From the NCBI GenBank assembly GCA_031414595.1, contig JANNVX010000060.1, forward strand, positions 1 to 49,972: 49,972 nucleotides of DNA. Reading direction: 5' to 3'. The translations under genes were made by a program, and so were the position numbers. Origin of the DNA: Deinococcales bacterium (lineage in GTDB: Bacteria > Deinococcota > Deinococci > Deinococcales > JAAFIG01). The notes under the pieces were generated by a model that saw only the letters and a program-made list of their open reading frames with translations, searched no databases and was not told the DNA's origin. Positions 1 through 10,412 of this stretch are shown piece after piece (within the stretch, counting starts at the first letter, position 1; every line of letters starts with the position of its first letter).

Positions 1-186
1 GCGCTCGTCTGACGACTCGAGGTGGTGCTTTACCTTTTTTAGTCAGATGCAAAAGTTGAGAACGCTGTTTTTTACTTAATTTGACAAACAAAATTCTGGT
101 ATTCACAAGTATAGCTTATATCCTTATCCGACGATGCACTAAGTAAAGTTTTTAGTGTTTCATCAAGATGCTAAAATAGACATCAA

Positions 187-648
187 ATGAACAACTTTAC
201 TTTACGCCAAGCTGTACCTGCGGATGCAATTGCCATTACCGCTTTAACTCGGGAGGCTTATGAGACTTACATTCCTTTGATTGGGCGTGAGCCTCTACCA
301 ATGCGAGTTGATTATGCGCTGGCTCTGAAATCAAATGCCTTTTGGTTACTCGAGTCTGAACAGGAACTTGCGGCGCTGCTCGAGTTGCAATTACTCGAGC
401 AGCATTTATTGATTGTTAATGTGGCGGTAAAACCAGCTTTTCAGAGGCTAGGACTTGGTAAACGCTTGTTGCTTTTGGCTGAACAAGAAGCTCTTAGGCT
501 CGAGCGGTTCGAGTTGCAGTTGTACACCAATGAACGGTTTACCAAAAATTTGGCTATTTATCAGGGTTTAGGTTATGTGGAAACAAGACGGCAAAAACCA
601 CCTGAATCAGATACTGAAACGGTCTACATGAAAAAAGTTTTGCTTTAG
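187..648 (+). CDS. GNAT family N-acetyltransferase
   Basis: 153-aa ORF; acetyl-CoA motif VAVKPAFQRLGLGKRLL and NLAIYQGLGY. Confidence 0.85.
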   Translation: MNNFTLRQAVPADAIAITALTREAYETYIPLIGREPLPMRVDYALALKSNAFWLLESEQELAALLELQLLEQHLLIVNVAVKPAFQRLGLGKRLLLLAEQEALRLERFELQLYTNERFTKNLAIYQGLGYVETRRQKPPESDTETVYMKKVLL

Positions 649-1943
649 CGTTTTTCGGTAGATAACAAGGTCAGGGTCAGGGTTTTTCCGACTCCAATTT
701 CAGACTCGAGGGTGAACGCACCGAGTAGGCGTTTGAAGCCTTTGACTCCGCTTGCTTCAAGTTTGATGTTGTCGTCAAGGGTTTCAACCATTCGGATATT
801 GATGGCTCGAGTTTTGGTATTTTTGATGGTAAAGATTATTTTGGCGCGTTCGAGGCTGTCAGTGCGTTGTAAAATTTGGGCGCTGCGATTGATTTTAATA
901 TCGAAATCCTTGCCTAAATTAATTTTGACAATCGTGTCTTTAGCAGTGTTGGCAATTTCGGTTTGTCCAACCAGTTGATTGTTTTCGCGGACGGTAAAAA
1001 TTCCTGCGGGTAAGCCTTGTTGGGCAACAAAGCGGTAGGTGCGGAATAAAGCAGCTTTGAAGTTGGCAGTGGTATCAAATTGGTTATTGTACTCGAGAAT
1101 CCGGCGTGTTTCGAGATTGCTTCTTATAAATGGCAAACTGAGGTTGCTGCGTGCTTCTAAGCGCAGGGGTTGCAAGTAGTCAAAACGCTGTAAGCCGCCG
1201 ACTTCACCACTGGCAGCAACTCGAGATTGATTTGCACTACTGGTGACTGGTCGTTCTGCCACCAGTGCAATATTGCGGTTTTGGGATTGCTGATATTCCA
1301 ATTGATTATTTTGTGGTTGAATATCACCTGCAAAGAGTGTGGCTTTAGGCGCTTGGTAAACCACTCCGCTTTGGTTACTGATTTCTGCCCAAGCAGTTAA
1401 ACTCGAGGTTTTGCTGTCGGTGCTAACCGTATCTTGGCTATTTAGGGTATAGCGCGTGTTGTTCCAAGCCACCGCACTGGTAGCGTATTGCAGGGTGGCT
1501 TTGGTGGCTGCCCCAGTGCGTTGCCAAGTATAGGTTGGGGCGTAACGAATTCCGTCTATGTTGGGAAATAAGACTTCGGCATTGGGTAGGAAAATATATT
1601 CGCCTTCGATTTGAAATAAGTACAGTTCGGCTTTAATCACTTTGGCAACCACAAATGTTTCATGAAACCAAACTTTGACTTCTTTGCCTTCAAATAAAGT
1701 CAGTAAACTAGGCGATGCGGTTTGTAAACTGAGTGATGTGACGCTAGGGTCAATCAGTTCTAAACTGCCAGGGATTAAAAATTGGCTCAGGTCAACATTT
1801 GGAGACCAAGTGTATTGGCTACCTATTAAATCCACAGTTTCGCGGATTTCTGCAAATGAAGGATAAATACTCATTTCCGAAGCTCGAGCGGTCAAGATTG
1901 AACTCGAGAGGATTGCCGTGGCAGTCAAGACTATTTTTTTCAT
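645..1943 (-). CDS. Secreted DUF4139-like domain protein
   Basis: Signal peptide, IYPSFAEIRE N-terminus, L.Y...W...Y and LPAG...V segments typical of DUF4139/4140 proteins. Confidence 0.65.
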   Translation of the reverse strand: MKKIVLTATAILSSSILTARASEMSIYPSFAEIRETVDLIGSQYTWSPNVDLSQFLIPGSLELIDPSVTSLSLQTASPSLLTLFEGKEVKVWFHETFVVAKVIKAELYLFQIEGEYIFLPNAEVLFPNIDGIRYAPTYTWQRTGAATKATLQYATSAVAWNNTRYTLNSQDTVSTDSKTSSLTAWAEISNQSGVVYQAPKATLFAGDIQPQNNQLEYQQSQNRNIALVAERPVTSSANQSRVAASGEVGGLQRFDYLQPLRLEARSNLSLPFIRSNLETRRILEYNNQFDTTANFKAALFRTYRFVAQQGLPAGIFTVRENNQLVGQTEIANTAKDTIVKINLGKDFDIKINRSAQILQRTDSLERAKIIFTIKNTKTRAINIRMVETLDDNIKLEASGVKGFKRLLGAFTLESEIGVGKTLTLTLLSTEKR

Positions 1944-1988
1944 GGCTCATGTTACATCGTGACTTATTTCCCTGATGAGATAGAATTT

Positions 1989-3719
1989 TTAGGCTGTTTT
2001 GAACGGCAAATACCTTGGATACCAAAACCGTGTCTGGGCAAATTCCTCGAGTTCGCTCAGGCTCTTTTTGTAAAGACTGAATTCGGCTGCCACCCCGTCC
2101 TGCACGGCTCGCTGCATGACTCGAGCGGCAACGTGAATACTGGCTTGGCGTAGACCTTGGATTCGTGGGTAAACCCGCCCGATGGCAAGAGAATCTTCAG
2201 GCGTGTGTTCGCAAAGCGCATAAGCTGCCTCGAGTACCATCCCATCGGTAATTTCAGATGCCCTAGCCAGGATGCTGCCAAAACCAAGCCCGGGGAAAAT
2301 AAAAGCGTTGTTGCCTTGACCGATGGGGTAGGTTTTACCGTTGTATTCAACATCGGCAAAGGGGCTGCCTGTCGCAACAATGGCACGTCCATCTGTCCAA
2401 CGCAGGGCATCAGCAGGGAGGACTTCGGTATTGGCGGTCGGGTTAGAAAGTGGAAAAATAATTGGGCGCTCGGTATTTTGGGCAACTGCTCGGATAATAC
2501 TTTCGCTAAAACAACCACCTTGTCCAGACAATCCAAGCAACACTGTGGCTTTGGCATTCTGCACCGTCTCGAGTAAGTCTGGGGCGCGGCTGCGGTCATA
2601 GTTCCAAGTCTCGAGGGCGGCAGGGTCATGGGCAAACGGCATTTTGTATTCCTCGAGTTTACGGGTGTTTAAGAGTAAACCCTTGGAATCTAAGACCAAC
2701 ACTTTTTTGCGGGCTTCGGCATCGCTTAGCCCGTCGCGTTTCATGCCTTCTATCAATGCCCATGCAACGCCAGCCCCACCTGCCCCAGCCCCATGAATCA
2801 CAATCGTTTGGTCAGATAAACGCTCGTTTTTGATTTTACAAGCATTCAGCACCCCAGCCAGCGTAACTGCGCCAGTCCCTTGAATATCATCGTTGAAACT
2901 TGGCACGATTTTACGGTAGCGCTCGAGTACCTTAAAAGCCGTATCCTTAGAAAAATCTTCCCATTGAATAATCGCTTTTGGGTAACGCGCCGAAACATCA
3001 CGCACAAATTGGTCTATAAAAGCATCATAGGCTTCGCCCGTTAAACGCTTGTGGCGCACACCAAGGTACAACGGGTCATCAAGTAAACTCTGGCGGTCTG
3101 TACCTACATCTAAACCGACTGGCAAGGTTTTATCGGGGGCGACACCACCCGCACCTGTGTATAGACTGAGTTTACCAATACTGATTGCCATGCCGCCAAA
3201 GCCTTGGTCGCCAATTCCAAGTATGGCACTCGAGTCGGTCGCCACAATCATTCGCACATCCTCGAGTGGGACATTACCTAAACTGTCAGCACAACGGCTA
3301 ATTGTGTCGGTAGAAACACTATAACCGCGTGGAAAACGGTAAATATGACTAAAGAGCTTCACCGCGTCGCCGACTGTTGGGGTGTAGAGCAAAGGCAGCA
3401 TCTCTTCGATGTGATCCTCGAGCAGCGCGTAAAAAAGCACTTCGTTACGGTCTTGAAGATTACGCAAGTAGATGTGTTTTTCGATGGGTTCGCCGTAGGC
3501 TTTAACTCGCTCATACGCCCTTGTTTTTTGTTCTTCTATCGTGTTTACATGCGGTGGGAGCAAGCCTTCAATTCCCAAAAGCCGACGTTCCTCGAGCGTA
3601 AAAGCCGTACTCTTATTCATCAGTGGTAAGCGCAAAAGCGTAAAGCCAGTCACATTGACCTCGAGAAAGCGCTGACCAGCAGCGTCGCGTTTGACATCAT
3701 AGAAACGGGATATGGGCAT
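1989..3719 (-). CDS. maeA: NAD-dependent malic enzyme
   Basis: Motifs [52 protein letters not shown] favours ATG 3719 over TTG 3725. Confidence 0.95.
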   Translation of the reverse strand: MPISRFYDVKRDAAGQRFLEVNVTGFTLLRLPLMNKSTAFTLEERRLLGIEGLLPPHVNTIEEQKTRAYERVKAYGEPIEKHIYLRNLQDRNEVLFYALLEDHIEEMLPLLYTPTVGDAVKLFSHIYRFPRGYSVSTDTISRCADSLGNVPLEDVRMIVATDSSAILGIGDQGFGGMAISIGKLSLYTGAGGVAPDKTLPVGLDVGTDRQSLLDDPLYLGVRHKRLTGEAYDAFIDQFVRDVSARYPKAIIQWEDFSKDTAFKVLERYRKIVPSFNDDIQGTGAVTLAGVLNACKIKNERLSDQTIVIHGAGAGGAGVAWALIEGMKRDGLSDAEARKKVLVLDSKGLLLNTRKLEEYKMPFAHDPAALETWNYDRSRAPDLLETVQNAKATVLLGLSGQGGCFSESIIRAVAQNTERPIIFPLSNPTANTEVLPADALRWTDGRAIVATGSPFADVEYNGKTYPIGQGNNAFIFPGLGFGSILARASEITDGMVLEAAYALCEHTPEDSLAIGRVYPRIQGLRQASIHVAARVMQRAVQDGVAAEFSLYKKSLSELEEFAQTRFWYPRYLPFKTA

Positions 3720-3789
3720 GGGCAAATCTCCTTAAGCGAACGTTTGTTAGAGCATACCTGAGAGAAGCGGTATGGCGCTACTCGAGCAA

Positions 3790-4488
3790 TTAAATCGCGC
3801 CAGCAACTCGGGCAGTGGGTTGGAACGTAATTGGGTCAAAGCAATTGGCAGTACCAGGGAAAGCCTTGATAAAACGCTCAAGCATATCAGGGTCATCTTT
3901 GAAGACAGTCATCCAGACAGACCAAAAACCGCGTGATACGGCAATTTTGGCTGTTGCATTTCTACGCGAGGCTGTATTTTCCTGTACCAATTCTTGCCGT
4001 TCTTCTTGGGCAACCTCCCAGACATTTTTGCGGTTGAGCCAACGTAGGTCTCGCGCCTTTGGGTCTCGAGTCTCGAGGTCTTCAGGTGGGCAGAGGTCGA
4101 GCTTAAACATGGCAATGGTTCTAGCAGCTTTTTTCTTTTGAGTATCATCCAAATTTGGATTGATAGCCACTCGTCCACCAGAAAGATACTCCAAGACCAT
4201 AAACGTATTGTCTAAATGTACCCAAAAATACTCGTCCAGTACGGTTTTTGCAATACCTTTTTTATGGGAATTACAGTTGATACAAGAAAGTAAAAAGTTT
4301 CCCCAAACCAACTCAAGACTAAAATACTCTGCATCGCCTTTTGGTAAAATATGTTCAACTGCCAAACCACCAGACATTGGACGTTCACAGTAAGAACAAT
4401 ATGCTCCCAAACGGTCTATTAAGTCACGCTTTGCTTCTTGATACTCTGCAAAAACCTTTGTGTTTTCGCCGCGTTCCACAGGTCGCAT
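3790..4488 (-). CDS. HNH endonuclease, Septu PtuB-like
   Basis: CSYCE, VEHILPK, WGNFLLSCINCN HNH/Zn motifs; ATG directly follows the ATPase stop (TAG-ATG). Confidence 0.8.
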   Translation of the reverse strand: MRPVERGENTKVFAEYQEAKRDLIDRLGAYCSYCERPMSGGLAVEHILPKGDAEYFSLELVWGNFLLSCINCNSHKKGIAKTVLDEYFWVHLDNTFMVLEYLSGGRVAINPNLDDTQKKKAARTIAMFKLDLCPPEDLETRDPKARDLRWLNRKNVWEVAQEERQELVQENTASRRNATAKIAVSRGFWSVWMTVFKDDPDMLERFIKAFPGTANCFDPITFQPTARVAGAI

Positions 4489-5817
4489 CTAAGCTCGTTC
4501 CTTCAAAGCTGATAAGCGTTTAGCCTCAAGAAAAGCAATATAAGCAATGTCTTCAGCATAAGGTTCTGAGAGTGTGTCAAGACGTTCTTTGAGGGTTTTC
4601 AGTTCTAAATCTTTTGCGTCTTTTGTTTGCTCGAGAACTCGGTAATACTCTTTTGCGGCGGCTAACATCTCGAGTTCACGTTGCGAACGCTGCGGCATAT
4701 ATACACCCTGTACCTGCTCGGCAATATCTTCGATGCTTTTATCTTGGTATTCGGCTACACCAACATTTTCGTTGAGGTCAATTAACTCACCCAGACGCAC
4801 TGATTGAATAATAAAAGGTGAATGAGTTGTAGCAAAAAATTGCACTTTTGGGAAGGCTTTTCGCAAATTATCCACAACTTTACGCTGCCATTTTGGATGC
4901 AAATGCAAATCAAGTTCATCTATTAAGACCACACCTGGGGTCTCGAGGGTCACATTCTCGAGCAGATGCGGATTGAGTTGCGCCATGCGGTAAGCAATAT
5001 CGGCAACCATTGCTAACATACTGCGTTGCCCATCAGATAAAAGGCTAAACGGCATTGGATTACCATGAATTCTTGCAATAGGTTCGCCTCTTTGAACATC
5101 AAAATAAAGTAGATCGCAACCCTCGAGACAGGCTTGGAGTGCTTTTTTAACAGCTTCAAATACCTTCATTGGTTTTTTATTTTGTAATGAAATAAGTTCC
5201 ATTCGCATAAACCAACGCAACCAAGATTTATTACTAATAGCAACATCTAAAGCATTTTTGTAGCCGTCAAGTCTCGAGCTTAGTTTTATAACTTCGTCAT
5301 CAAAAAGTGAAACTTGATTTGATTCTTCTAAACCTTCTATTTTCTCGAGCCAAAGTCGCGCTGTACTATAAAAAGAGATAATTGGAAGTACGATAGAATC
5401 ACCGTTCCGTACATTGGCAGTTAGCTTGATAGCAAGAGCGCTTAAGCCACCACCATTAAATACCAATCCACTTTTTGGAGCGTCAACAGTCTGCTCTAAA
5501 TGATCATCGTTCCACTCGAGAGAACAATGAATCTTGCAAGGATACTGAAACTCAAGATTTAGTGTTTCACCTTGAAATACACTCTTTACTCGTATTGAAG
5601 AGTTTTTTGGAAGTATTGAAGGCATTTTTGGAAATATAATTTTTTCTTCGTTTTCAGAATTCAATAGAAAACCACTAAAAAGACAGCTTAAAGCCTCGAG
5701 CAGCGCCGTTTTACCCGTCCCATTATCACCAATAATTAAATTAAACCCTTCGCTGAACTCAAAAGTTTTATCTTCAAAGTTCTTAAAGTTTTGTACGCGC
5801 AGGGTTTTGATGTTCAT
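4489..5817 (-). CDS. ABC/AAA-type ATPase, Septu PtuA-like
   Basis: Walker A GDNGTGKT, signature LSDGQR, Walker B VLIDELDLHLHPKWQ, TTHSP; AT-richer than flanks. Confidence 0.8.
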   Translation of the reverse strand: MNIKTLRVQNFKNFEDKTFEFSEGFNLIIGDNGTGKTALLEALSCLFSGFLLNSENEEKIIFPKMPSILPKNSSIRVKSVFQGETLNLEFQYPCKIHCSLEWNDDHLEQTVDAPKSGLVFNGGGLSALAIKLTANVRNGDSIVLPIISFYSTARLWLEKIEGLEESNQVSLFDDEVIKLSSRLDGYKNALDVAISNKSWLRWFMRMELISLQNKKPMKVFEAVKKALQACLEGCDLLYFDVQRGEPIARIHGNPMPFSLLSDGQRSMLAMVADIAYRMAQLNPHLLENVTLETPGVVLIDELDLHLHPKWQRKVVDNLRKAFPKVQFFATTHSPFIIQSVRLGELIDLNENVGVAEYQDKSIEDIAEQVQGVYMPQRSQRELEMLAAAKEYYRVLEQTKDAKDLELKTLKERLDTLSEPYAEDIAYIAFLEAKRLSALKERA

Positions 5818-5879
5818 GGCAAAAGCATATCAAGTTTGGGGTTCTACCTCAAAGCTCGAGAACACGATAACATTGGCGG

Positions 5880-6500
5880 ATGTCTGCCCTCGAGATTGCT
5901 TCTTTAATTGGCACAATTGTTTTTGCAGCTTCTGGCGCAATGCTTGGGGTACGAAAAGGCTTTGACTTACTTGGGGTGATTGTGCTGGGGTGCGTCACGG
6001 CGGTGGGCGGTGGCGCTCTGCGTGACACTTTAACGGGTTTGCTGCCCGCTTCTTGGTTTCGTGATGAACGCTTGCTCTGGGCGGCAATCATTGGGGCATT
6101 ACTGGGTTTTGTGGGTTTTCGGCGGCTCGAGAAACGCGAAACTGAACTCGAGTTCTTGGATGCGCTGGGCTTAAGTTTATTTGCGGCAACGGCGGCGCAA
6201 CGTGGCATGGAACTGGGTTTTGGTCTGTTGGGCGTAATTTTTATTGGTACGGTTTCGGGGGTCGGCGGTGGGGTCATCCGCGACATTTTAGCGGGGGATG
6301 TACCAAGGATTTTCTTACCCGGCGAGTTATACGCCAGTACCGCCGCACTGGGTTGTGTGGTCGTATACTTTTTAACGCCAATTGCCCCGAGCGAATGGGT
6401 GCTAGGGTTTAGTGCGGCTGCCACGCTCTTCTCGAGATTAGCAGCACGGCGCTATCGTTTAACACTGCCTGTGCGTGACCCAAAAAAACCGTTGTTATAA
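5880..6500 (+). CDS. Trimeric intracellular cation channel (UPF0126) membrane protein
   Basis: Duplicated GGG..RD motifs (AVGGGALRD, GVGGGVIRD), DALGL, hydrophobic helices. Confidence 0.9.
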   Translation: MSALEIASLIGTIVFAASGAMLGVRKGFDLLGVIVLGCVTAVGGGALRDTLTGLLPASWFRDERLLWAAIIGALLGFVGFRRLEKRETELEFLDALGLSLFAATAAQRGMELGFGLLGVIFIGTVSGVGGGVIRDILAGDVPRIFLPGELYASTAALGCVVVYFLTPIAPSEWVLGFSAAATLFSRLAARRYRLTLPVRDPKKPLL

Positions 6501-6531
6501 AAGCCTGACATCGGCGTGTTAAACTCTACTC

Positions 6532-6993
6532 ATGAGTCTACTTGGACAAGCCGCGCCAACTTTTAACTTAAAAGCCCATACTGGTGAAGATATTTCTTTG
6601 GAGCAATTTAAGGATAAGCAAAATGTTCTGCTCATTTTTTATCCACTGGATTTTTCGCCAACTTGTAGTATGCAGCTTCCAGAGTTTAGCGCCATGAAAT
6701 CGGATTTTGCCGACCTCGAGACCACGATTCTTGGAGTCAACCGCGATAGTTTCTGGAGTCATAAAGCATGGGCAAAAGAATATGGTATCGAAGTGCCACT
6801 TTTAGCCGACATGACCTTAACGGCTGCCAAGGCTTACGGCGTGGCACTCGAGGAACGCGGTATCAGTAAACGGGCTACATTTTTAATTGATAAGGCTGGC
6901 ACTGTGGTCTTGGAGCATGTCGAAACCAACGCCGGGGACTTTACACTTCATGCTGATGATGTTCTCGAGAAAGTCAAATCCTTACATTCGTGA
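6532..6993 (+). CDS. Peroxiredoxin (AhpC/TSA, 1-Cys AhpE-like)
   Basis: FYPLDFSPTC peroxidatic motif, RATFLID. Confidence 0.9.
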   Translation: MSLLGQAAPTFNLKAHTGEDISLEQFKDKQNVLLIFYPLDFSPTCSMQLPEFSAMKSDFADLETTILGVNRDSFWSHKAWAKEYGIEVPLLADMTLTAAKAYGVALEERGISKRATFLIDKAGTVVLEHVETNAGDFTLHADDVLEKVKSLHS

Positions 6994-7075
6994 GTGTCAA
7001 ATTCTTACAATAATGAGAGTCATTCATCAAATGCTGGGTTTGCCACTCATGCGGGTTTGTCAGAGTACAGTTTAG

Positions 7076-8053
7076 ATGAAATCCTTATTTCTAACTTTGA
7101 GTGCCTTGGTTCTGTCGGGTGCAGTTCTGGCGCAGACCACTCAGCCTACCCAACCCGCCACACCAGTTGCCCAACCAGTCACGCCTAAACCAGTGGTCAG
7201 TCCGATTGGCTGGCCTCCCAAATTAGCCCTTGGTCAACGTTGGACACTGACCCTCGAGCCAGTCGGTCAATGGGATATTGCGCTTTCTGCTCGGGATAAA
7301 GACGGCGACCCGATAGGTACTGCCAAAGCCACCACCGAAAAAACCAGCAACTACCAAGTCTTTTTTTATTATGTGAAAAAAGATGATGTGACGAATCTGT
7401 ATTTGAGTGCCGCCAATGGCACAGGTTATTTGTGTCAGTTTTCGCAGAATTCCTTGAGCAACAATCCGCTTGACGTGACGATGATTGGGGCTGCTTATAA
7501 AAAAGACTTGAATAAACCATTTGAAAGACTCGAGTCGTTGTGTATTGCCACTTGGACAAACTCTCCTGTGTCACCGCTTTCGATTCAACCAACTGGAGTT
7601 ACACCCATTACCCCACCAGTCACACCAACCGTAGTCACGCCGCCAGTTGTCACCCCACCCGCCGTGGTTAGCCCAACCAATGGAACAGCCACCGATGTCA
7701 AACCTCCCGCAGCAGCTTTGGCACTGGTTTGGTCGCCCAAAATCGAAGTCGGGCAGACTTGGTTGGCTCGAGTTGGCAACCTCAGTTTTGATATTTCGCT
7801 ACAACGTCTAGCCGCAGGGGTAGCTCGAGGGACTGTCAAGCGTGGCACAGTCACAGGTGATGCCTTTATGTTCTATAACTCGGCGGAAAACCGCATGACC
7901 TTGGAACTGAGTCTTGGCACAGATTCGTTTATTTGCAGTTTTGACCTAAAAGGCGCATTGGATAAAGCCTACACAGGAACAGCAGTCTACCGTTCTGGCA
8001 GCAGCATTGCCCAGACCCTCAAAGAAAAATGTGCTTTGTTCCGAATAAAATAG
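7076..8053 (+). CDS. Secreted hypothetical protein with two repeated domains and Pro/Thr linkers
   Basis: Signal peptide; WPPKLALGQRW and WSPKIEVGQTW repeats, each domain with two Cys. Confidence 0.75.
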   Translation: MKSLFLTLSALVLSGAVLAQTTQPTQPATPVAQPVTPKPVVSPIGWPPKLALGQRWTLTLEPVGQWDIALSARDKDGDPIGTAKATTEKTSNYQVFFYYVKKDDVTNLYLSAANGTGYLCQFSQNSLSNNPLDVTMIGAAYKKDLNKPFERLESLCIATWTNSPVSPLSIQPTGVTPITPPVTPTVVTPPVVTPPAVVSPTNGTATDVKPPAAALALVWSPKIEVGQTWLARVGNLSFDISLQRLAAGVARGTVKRGTVTGDAFMFYNSAENRMTLELSLGTDSFICSFDLKGALDKAYTGTAVYRSGSSIAQTLKEKCALFRIK

Positions 8054-8060
8054 GGCTTTT

Positions 8061-8104
8061 GGATAAAAGAGGAAAGCAGCCAATACCCTATTCCTCTTTT
8101 ATCC
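8061..8104. terminator. 14-bp perfect inverted repeat, probable terminator or REP-like hairpin
   Basis: GGATAAAAGAGGAA (8061-8074) / TTCCTCTTTTATCC (8091-8104) just after a stop codon, followed by a pyrimidine-rich tract. Confidence 0.55.
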
Positions 8105-8159
8105 TTCCTCCTTGTCTTTTTCCCTTCCTCTTTTTTGCCTAAACCGATATGCTCAATCC

Positions 8160-9116
8160 ATGACACTCGATTCTTTTGAACAATACGATTTGGATTCGCT
8201 GAACTTAGCGCGAAGCCTTGAAAGTCTGCCCCACAGTTATGATGGTGCAACTCGGGCTTTACCTGCCCCGTTTGGCGTGATTGGTTTTGGCGAAGGGGCT
8301 TTAGCGGCTGAATTCTCGAGAATACTGATTGATGATGCCACAGCTTCTGGGGCTGGAACGCAATTTGTTCTGGCAGGTGGCTTTGATTTTGGGGCAGTGG
8401 ATGCGGCTTGTGTGATTGCAGAAGCGGCTGGTGCGACGGTCTTTCGTATGGGTCTACCGAGGGGCAGTAAAATCAATTTGTCGGAAGATGAACTGACCTA
8501 TGCTTTGGAAGAAAATCCAGACGAAGAACCAAGTGACGATTTTTTTCCTGTGCCAACAGATAGCTTTAGCACCTACACCTATGCCCAAGCCTTGGCGCAC
8601 TTAACCAATCATGCCGAGGCTGCCGAAAGTGCTGACCAAACACTGGCAACGCTGCGTGACCAATGTAAATCCGAAATCGAAACTTCGCAAAATCCAGCTA
8701 AGCAACTGGCATGGAGTTTATGGACGCGCACTGCAATTTTAATTCCCTCGAGTGGTTTTACTGCCCAAGCGTGGGCGTGGCAAGTGTCCTTATCCAGACT
8801 TGGTAAATCCTTAAGTATTCCCGTGGCTCACAATGTCCTCGAGATTGTTGCCAGTGGTTTTGAAGCACGTCACGAAAGCGGTGATGCACTGGTGGCACTG
8901 CTGCTTGGTGGTGCGGACGAAGGTTTAGCCATTGCCCGTGAAATTCTCGAGACTCGAGTAGATGAAGTGATTGAAGTTCCCGCTCCGACTGGCGAGGCGT
9001 ATGCCGCCAACCTTGGACTCTGGTACTTATCATGTTGGGTTGGCTTGTACTTGGCGCTGCTCTACAAAGCCGACCCTCGAGATTCTAAACCGCTCGAGGC
9101 ACTCAGGAAAAAATGA
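8160..9116 (+). CDS. SIS-domain protein (bifunctional PGI/PMI-like)
   Basis: NPAKQLAWSL and C-terminal LALLYKADP resemble PGI/PMI C-domain; TATGCT-6nt-ATG supports start 8160. Confidence 0.6.
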   Translation: MTLDSFEQYDLDSLNLARSLESLPHSYDGATRALPAPFGVIGFGEGALAAEFSRILIDDATASGAGTQFVLAGGFDFGAVDAACVIAEAAGATVFRMGLPRGSKINLSEDELTYALEENPDEEPSDDFFPVPTDSFSTYTYAQALAHLTNHAEAAESADQTLATLRDQCKSEIETSQNPAKQLAWSLWTRTAILIPSSGFTAQAWAWQVSLSRLGKSLSIPVAHNVLEIVASGFEARHESGDALVALLLGGADEGLAIAREILETRVDEVIEVPAPTGEAYAANLGLWYLSCWVGLYLALLYKADPRDSKPLEALRKK

Positions 9117-10072
9117 AATTCATTCCGTGGTTGGTGGCGATTATCTGTGCAGCAATAGCTGGGTATTTGTTTGGTTCAAAACCAATGGTAACAAACCCAA
9201 CTGAGTCACTCGAGATGGTGGTGGGTCGCACTGCAAGTGCTGTGGTTTCGGTACGGACGGATATTGCTGACCTGTCTGACCCTGAGATGCGTGGTTCTGG
9301 TTCGGCATTTCATATTGGCGATGGGGTTTATGTGACTGCCGCCCATGTGGTGGATGGTGGCACAAAAATCTTTTTGGACAACCGAAACCGAACCGTCAAA
9401 CACAAATCTGGAATCACCGAAGCCAAGTTAATTGGTAAGGTCAATGAATTTGATTTAGCGGTGCTGCGCGGCGAAAAAATTAGCAGCAAACTCGAATGGG
9501 CAACCGAAAATCCACTGCTTGGCTCGAGTTGCTTAGCCATTGGTAATCCGTTTGCTCGAGCGCCGCGCAGTGTTACGGCTGGGATTATCTCTGGACTCGA
9601 GCGCTTGCAACAAACCCCAAAAGGGGCTTTGGCGGGCTTGGTGCAATTTGATGCCCAAGTCAACCCCGGCAATAGCGGCGGGGCGCTGCTCAATGCCAAA
9701 GGCGAAGTGCTGGGGGTCGTCTCGAGTATTTTGTCTTTAACTGGCTCGAGTGCTGGGGTGGGCTTTGCGATTCCGACACGGTTAGTACGTGGCGCAGTCG
9801 AAACCCTGTTGCGTGGCGAAACGGTGCAACTGCCTGTTTTGGGAATCTCGAGCAAAGACGAATCGGCGGTGCTGCAAACGGTTCTGCCCAGTGGATTAGC
9901 GGATAGTGCGGGTTTACAAGCAGGGGATGAAATCCTTGAAATTGCCGGGCTGCCCGTGGAAACGATTAGTGAGGTCAGCGCGGTGGTGGCAGCCGCAAAA
10001 AGCGGCGAGCAATTGGCGGTAAAAGCCAAACGTGGTGCTGCAACAAGAGATTTTACAATCACCATTCCATAA
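9113..10072 (+). CDS. HtrA/DegP-like S1C serine protease with PDZ domain
   Basis: GSGSAF, TAAHVV, DLAVL, VNPGNSGG catalytic motifs; C-terminal PDZ. Confidence 0.92.
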   Translation: MKFIPWLVAIICAAIAGYLFGSKPMVTNPTESLEMVVGRTASAVVSVRTDIADLSDPEMRGSGSAFHIGDGVYVTAAHVVDGGTKIFLDNRNRTVKHKSGITEAKLIGKVNEFDLAVLRGEKISSKLEWATENPLLGSSCLAIGNPFARAPRSVTAGIISGLERLQQTPKGALAGLVQFDAQVNPGNSGGALLNAKGEVLGVVSSILSLTGSSAGVGFAIPTRLVRGAVETLLRGETVQLPVLGISSKDESAVLQTVLPSGLADSAGLQAGDEILEIAGLPVETISEVSAVVAAAKSGEQLAVKAKRGAATRDFTITIP

Positions 10073-10088
10073 GTCGTAAACTATTGGC

Positions 10089-10412
10089 ATGACCGAATCT
10101 GAAATCAGTGCCTTAATTGAAACTAAACTCGAGCCATTACGAGCCGAAATTCGTCTGTTGCAAGAAAAACTTGGTATAGAACAATCTCAAGAAACTGCTG
10201 TTGTCTCGAGTGTGCTTGAGAATACAGCAGTCCCGAGTACACCAGAGATTCTTGAAAATCTTGAGTCTCCCCTACCAGAAATTGCTCCTGACCGAGCCGA
10301 TTTTCAAAAGTTCTTACAACGTGGTTTGGAACAAGAACAACTCGAGTACACCGAAGAGAAACTAGAAGCCAAACCAGCCCCGAAAAAGGGTTGGAATCCG
10401 TTCAAACGATGA
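10089..10412 (+). CDS. Hypothetical protein (acidic, coiled-coil N-terminus)
   Basis: 107-aa ORF, TAAACT-6nt-ATG promoter, ATGA overlap with miaA. Confidence 0.7.
   Translation: MTESEISALIETKLEPLRAEIRLLQEKLGIEQSQETAVVSSVLENTAVPSTPEILENLESPLPEIAPDRADFQKFLQRGLEQEQLEYTEEKLEAKPAPKKGWNPFKR

Noticed and set aside
1-145. Possible IS end at the left edge (TTATCCGACGATGCACTA)
   Set aside because: No convincing transposase motif in any frame and no partner IR visible
3726-5879. Possible retron (Ec78-type) around the ATPase/HNH pair
   Set aside because: No reverse transcriptase, and the flanking gaps of about 60 bp leave no room for msr-msd
9328-10065. Long antisense ORFs (also 2057-2635, 21124-21834 and the extension 13682-14104)
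   Set aside because: Shadow frames of well-supported genes with no family motifs
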